Shown one piece after another: positions 59,353 to 64,000 of a stretch of DNA of 64,000 nucleotides (the stretch's first letter is position 1; every line of letters starts with the position of its first letter). The position numbers were made by a program, and so were the translations under genes. Origin of the DNA: Malacoraja senta (Eukaryota); the NCBI GenBank assembly GCA_038087875.1, contig CM075990.1, forward strand, positions 9,486,001 through 9,550,000. Reading direction: 5' to 3'. The notes beneath the pieces were generated by a model that was given only the letters and a program-made list of their open reading frames with translations, was not told the DNA's origin and ran no database searches.

Positions 59353-61815
59353 CTGCAAATAAGACATTTGAACCGTTAGATAAACTGCGTGAACAACATA
59401 ACAGTACGAGAATGGAGGGCTTCAAAGTAATATATGCTGTGCAGATCAATATCTTAATCCAATTACTATTCTGACAGAAACAATCTGGAAAACTTCAAGT
59501 TTCCCTCAAGGGAACATGGATGATAAGTATCATCATAATTCATTGGGGTTCACTAATCCTCCATGCTGTTAATATGCTCGAGTGTTGAGAAAACATGAGG
59601 AAAATTATTTTTATTTTTACATTTATGAAGATGATGAATAAAAGAACAAAGATTACTGGATCTAGGGAAAATATATATTTTTCATATTGCTAAATAATCT
59701 TTCCAATTAATTGCTGTGTAGAACTGAAATGCAAGGTTTCAGGGGGATTGTTTAAGAAAAAAAATGATGCCATCAATTTTGGCAGAAAATTAGAATATTT
59801 AGCTCAACATTTGAAGAGTTTAGATATTCAGAGACCAGGTATGTTTGTACATGGATCAATAGGAAAGCAATAAGGACACTATATCATAATTAGAAAAAAC
59901 TGTAGGTTGTACTTTAGAACAATCAGATCAGAACACAGTAAATATGCCTTGCTGAGAGGGACAGAGACCAAATACGGAATTGCATGTCTAGTTCAGGTCT
60001 TCCTACCCAAAGATGAAATGTATTAGAGAGATTGCAATAATAGGATTGGTAGGATGGGATTGGTTTCTGCAAAGAGTGATTAAATAGACTTGACCTATAA
60101 TCTGTGAGTTTGAGAAAAATGGCAGGTAATCATAATGAAGATGCAAATTCACTTTAGGGCTTGAATATTCACACATTTCCCCTGGTTAGTACTGGGGGGT
60201 CAGTCACAAAACAAGGGATCAATCAATCAGGACCTAAATTAGAAATGTCCAGTCAGATGCTGGTGAATAGTCTAGGAGGCTACAGATACATAGGTTGGTA
60301 TGGGTGTGTGATTGTGAATTAAAGTGGCAGTCCTACAGACTGAATGCCAGTGGTCTTCAAAGCAATGAACCAATCTGCATTTGGCTTCTCCATCATAATG
60401 GAGATCACATTTTGGGAAAGAGCCTGAAGAACAGGTGTTGCGTTTCCTGTAGTGGCATGGGCAATGCCATAAGGCAGTAGTAGGTGGGGATGGAAGAGTG
60501 GAACAAGGATCATGAAGGCATCTGGGAGAATGAAATGGACTTCTAAGGGGAGACAGGGTGGGAGGAAGATAACTGTGGGAGCCTGGACTATCTTATCACT
60601 TGGAACAGATACAAATTGCTCTGGAAAAGGTGGAAATTGGCAGTAATAAATGAGACAAAAAATGAGAGTTGAGTTCTACTTCTGAAAACTTGCTTTTTTC
60701 CCTATTTCGCACCATTGTGAAAGATCTCGTATGTGAAACTTTTTTTTTCTCCATCCACAGATGCTACCTGGCATACCGATTGTTTCCAACACTGGTTTTA
60801 TTTCTGATTTCCAATATTTTTTTAATCCTCCTTTACTGAAGCCGAATGGTCTACTCTTATTATTATTTATTATGTTTAGCACTGTTCACATACAGCAAGG
60901 GAAGCTTCATCTGCTGCATTTAGCCTCAGTAACTTAGTGTCCAAACACATGCACATTAGTAACAGACAAAAGAAAAGCTGCCTTCGGCACTGACAAATTA
61001 ATTACAAAATACTTTAAATTTTAAAATGATTTACTGTTACACATACAATGTATTGCATGAATGTACTGTTGGCCTTTGAAAATAATGTTTTCTCAATTCT
61101 TCCTGAAGCACGAAGAATCCTGCCTGATAACACACATACAACTTGAAACATCTTTACAGCGAATTTCTCTGCACGAGCTTTGTTCAAGGAAACATGAGCT
61201 GGCAATAAAGGTAGCAAAGCGAAACCAACTTACTAAATAGCAAGCATCAATTAGCTGGACAACAGTTTTTTTTTAATCTAGCCAATAAATTACGTGAATC
61301 TCAAGGATTTTTCAGGACTCAATGGACATTCATTTTAAAACTGCACATGAAATTAAATTTGAGCAATAGATGGGTTTTGCATATAATGAACTTGGGGTAG
61401 CTGACAATTATTTGAAACCAGAATCCAGCCTTGGATTTTGATGAATGGTTTCTATAGCCAACTGTGGTGTCACTTTTCTCTTTCACCACTCATCTTCTGT
61501 GGGTGTCAAATGGAGGTTGATTCCATGGCACAGGGGCCTCTTTGGGTAATGCAGAGTGAGCATCACTCAGACATGCAGGTAATCAGTCAGTCTGGACAGA
61601 GTTTTAGAACCACACAATCTTATAAAACCCATCTTCTCCTCATGCATGATGGATGTGCTTTGCTAAGAGAGAATTGAGAACTGACATACCCTTTCCCTCA
61701 AAATAAAGTCACATCATTTTACAAGGCAAGGTGAATAAAGTTGTGCTGAAGACATCTCATTATTCAGCACATAAATACAATTTTGGAATAAAGCCAATTT
61801 AAGCAGCAGCCTTAC

Positions 61816-61954
61816 CCAGTTTTACAAAGAAGTTGATAAGTGTGTCGGTCTCACAGTTTCTGTACAGGTCAGCAAGCTGAGTACAGCAATTAAGGGAAAG
61901 GTTGTGTATGCGTAGCCTCCTCTGTCCACTGCAACTGGTGTAGAGCAAAGCACA
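61816..61954 (-). CDS. SEC24C: Sec24C internal exon
   Basis: ctgcAG acceptor and G|gtaag donor; 139 nt; [46 protein letters not shown]. Confidence 0.95.
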
Positions 61955-63134
61955 CTGCAGGAGAGAAAGGCGAGAAAAAAATGTTTATTTAGCAAATGCA
62001 TGAATATATAAAGCTGCACAGAAACCAACATTTACTTGTGGAAAAATCAGAGAAATGTGGAATGTGGAGAACGCAAAAACAGACCAGCATTTTAAAAGCA
62101 ACTTTTGCATCCCTTTTCAAACATCCCAAAACACCTCACAGCCCAACTCAAGGCTTTCTAAAACCACGGTCACTTCTGTAATATAGTCAATTCACGTACA
62201 ACAGCTTTGACAAATGGCAACATAATAATCATATGATCTGTTTTGGTGATGGGAGATATTGTGGCTGGGACACTTGGGCACCTTCCTGGCCACCCAGAAT
62301 AATGCCAGATCTTTATATATCCACCCGAGAGAGCAGACAAGAGATCTCAACCAAAAAACACTATTTATCAATTCCTTCGCTGCCACACAGTGGTGTCTGA
62401 TCTGATTCTTTCCTCCAAGTGTCTCGAGTAACACTTGAAACTACAAATATTGATCGTGCTTTTTATGGAGCTTTAGCTTCCAGAGTATTTGCAACTCAAA
62501 TTGAATACGAATACAAATCAGTGCATTGATTGATGTAAAAGTAGGAGCAAACCTAATTTTAACTTAAAAAAAAAAAATAGTCCAAATTAATAGGAGTCAG
62601 GGTAAATATACAGAGGCATGCAAAGTGCTGTGGAGTGTTACTAAAATTACTTTCTAAAAGGTGGAACATGCACAACAGATTTAAAAGCTGTCAAAGTGCT
62701 GGAGTAACTCAGCAGGTCAGGCAGCATATCTCTCGAGAAAATAGTTTTCCAGAGATGCTGCTTGACCGATTTACACCACCACTTTGTGCCTTTTTTTGTA
62801 AACCAGCAGCTGTTTCCTGCGTCGTAGGATTTCACTACTCAGATGCTTTTAGTTTTGACCATGTCCATTAGCCTACTGGAATATTTAAATGGCCCCATGC
62901 ACTAGAAATGCAAGCAGCAAATTATCCACCGTTATACAATTGCAGGGCATATTTTACAAGTAGAACTCAATTGATAGAGGGTGAAGAATTCACATTAATA
63001 CAAATCAGCCTTTGCCTCTGTAAGACTGTCCTGAGCATTAAGTGCCAGGCCAGAGTAGTCTTGAGTACAAAGATCTACACTGACATTCCTGTGAACTAAT
63101 GATATCAGATAAAACGTTAAACCAAAGTCCAACT

Positions 63135-63178
<44 letters not shown>

Positions 63179-63194
63179 TCCCTCTCCCTCTCTC
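63135..63194. repeat. (TC)n microsatellite
   Basis: Directly visible. Confidence 0.95.
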
Positions 63195-63848
63195 ATGGAA
63201 GGACAAGCATTGTAGAGCTCTTTTAGGGGATCAAAGTGTCTCTGAAATTCCACTCAGCAATTCCTCAATCAACAAGCTCTTCGTATTATCTGGTCCTCAT
63301 CAAACTGATGTGTCGAGATTCTAACTTTCTCATATTAGCTATTGCACTTCTTTTAAAGCATATTTAATCAACGATGCAAACAAAATAATAAAACTGGGTT
63401 AATAACAAATGAAGTACACCACAGTACAATGTGCTCAATTGTAGAGTGCTCTGGTCAGAGTACGTAGTCCAGATCAGATTACACAGATGCAGAGCATATA
63501 TTCATGTTCTGGTGGCAATTCACTAAGGCCTACAGTAGATATTAGAGAGCAGCGTTATAAGCAAACAATGAAAATTGTATTTTATCCTGACAATGACTAG
63601 GATGCATAAGTACCCTAATTAAATACCAATCACTAATAATGTGGTCAGTAGAAAGCTGTAGTTCCACGATTCTGAAGATGGAATATCAATAGTAGTGGAC
63701 CCAGAGAACTAGGTACAGGAAAGGAGTGGCAAACGACATCACCAAATAAAATAATTGAAAATTCCCCTAATTTTTAAGCATTTATAAATCTTCAAAAAAT
63801 CTACAAGTTTAAAATGAATTAGTCACAGCAATCATGCAAAATTCTCAC

Positions 63849-63994
63849 CTGAATTTGAGCTCCACTATCTTCATTCAATTTATCATCATGTTTGAACTCT
63901 ACCATGATAGTTTTATCACAGTCTAATGCCGCCAACTCCACATCAGTTGTGTTACTCATGTAGAACGAGCCAAAGAAATCAGTTGCTCTAATCC
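63849..63994 (-). CDS. SEC24C: Protein transport protein Sec24C, internal exon (gene continues beyond window end)
   Basis: ttccAG acceptor and CAG|gtgag donor; 146 nt; (G)[48 protein letters not shown], Sec23/24 beta-sandwich region. Confidence 0.93.
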
Positions 63995-64000
63995 CTGGAA

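Noticed and set aside
52515-63994. SEC24D assignment
   Set aside because: The C-terminus (CHMHKEIRQLLS) and internal exons fit SEC24C better.

Overview
Vertebrate genomic DNA. The repeat content (HE1/V-SINEs, Neptune-type Penelope-like elements, CR1, L2 and Rex1-type LINEs) points to a cartilaginous fish, most likely a skate or ray; this is an inference. Three gene signals are visible. (1) On the minus strand, a CpG-island promoter and short first coding exon of an unidentified gene (about 10.7-10.95 kb), with G-rich minisatellites on both sides. (2) On the plus strand, a complete spliced NDNF-family gene with coding exons 37808-37995, 39129-39232 and 41348-42711 (551 aa), plus a candidate upstream coding exon at 35275-35316. 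(3) On the minus strand, the last seven coding exons and 3' UTR of SEC24C (63994 to 52515), convergent with the NDNF-like gene. The rest is intron or intergenic sequence rich in transposon debris, with four assembly gaps. The most notable observations are: an NDNF paralog beside SEC24C (a candidate ohnolog lost in human); about 20 short Penelope-derived elements, often fold-back and several with TSDs, that carry a minimal hammerhead-ribozyme-like core; a head-to-tail pair of Helitron-like elements; and a perfect 40-bp palindrome. All long low-complexity ORFs in the track are judged artefacts. Comparisons to human proteins are from memory, not from a database search.
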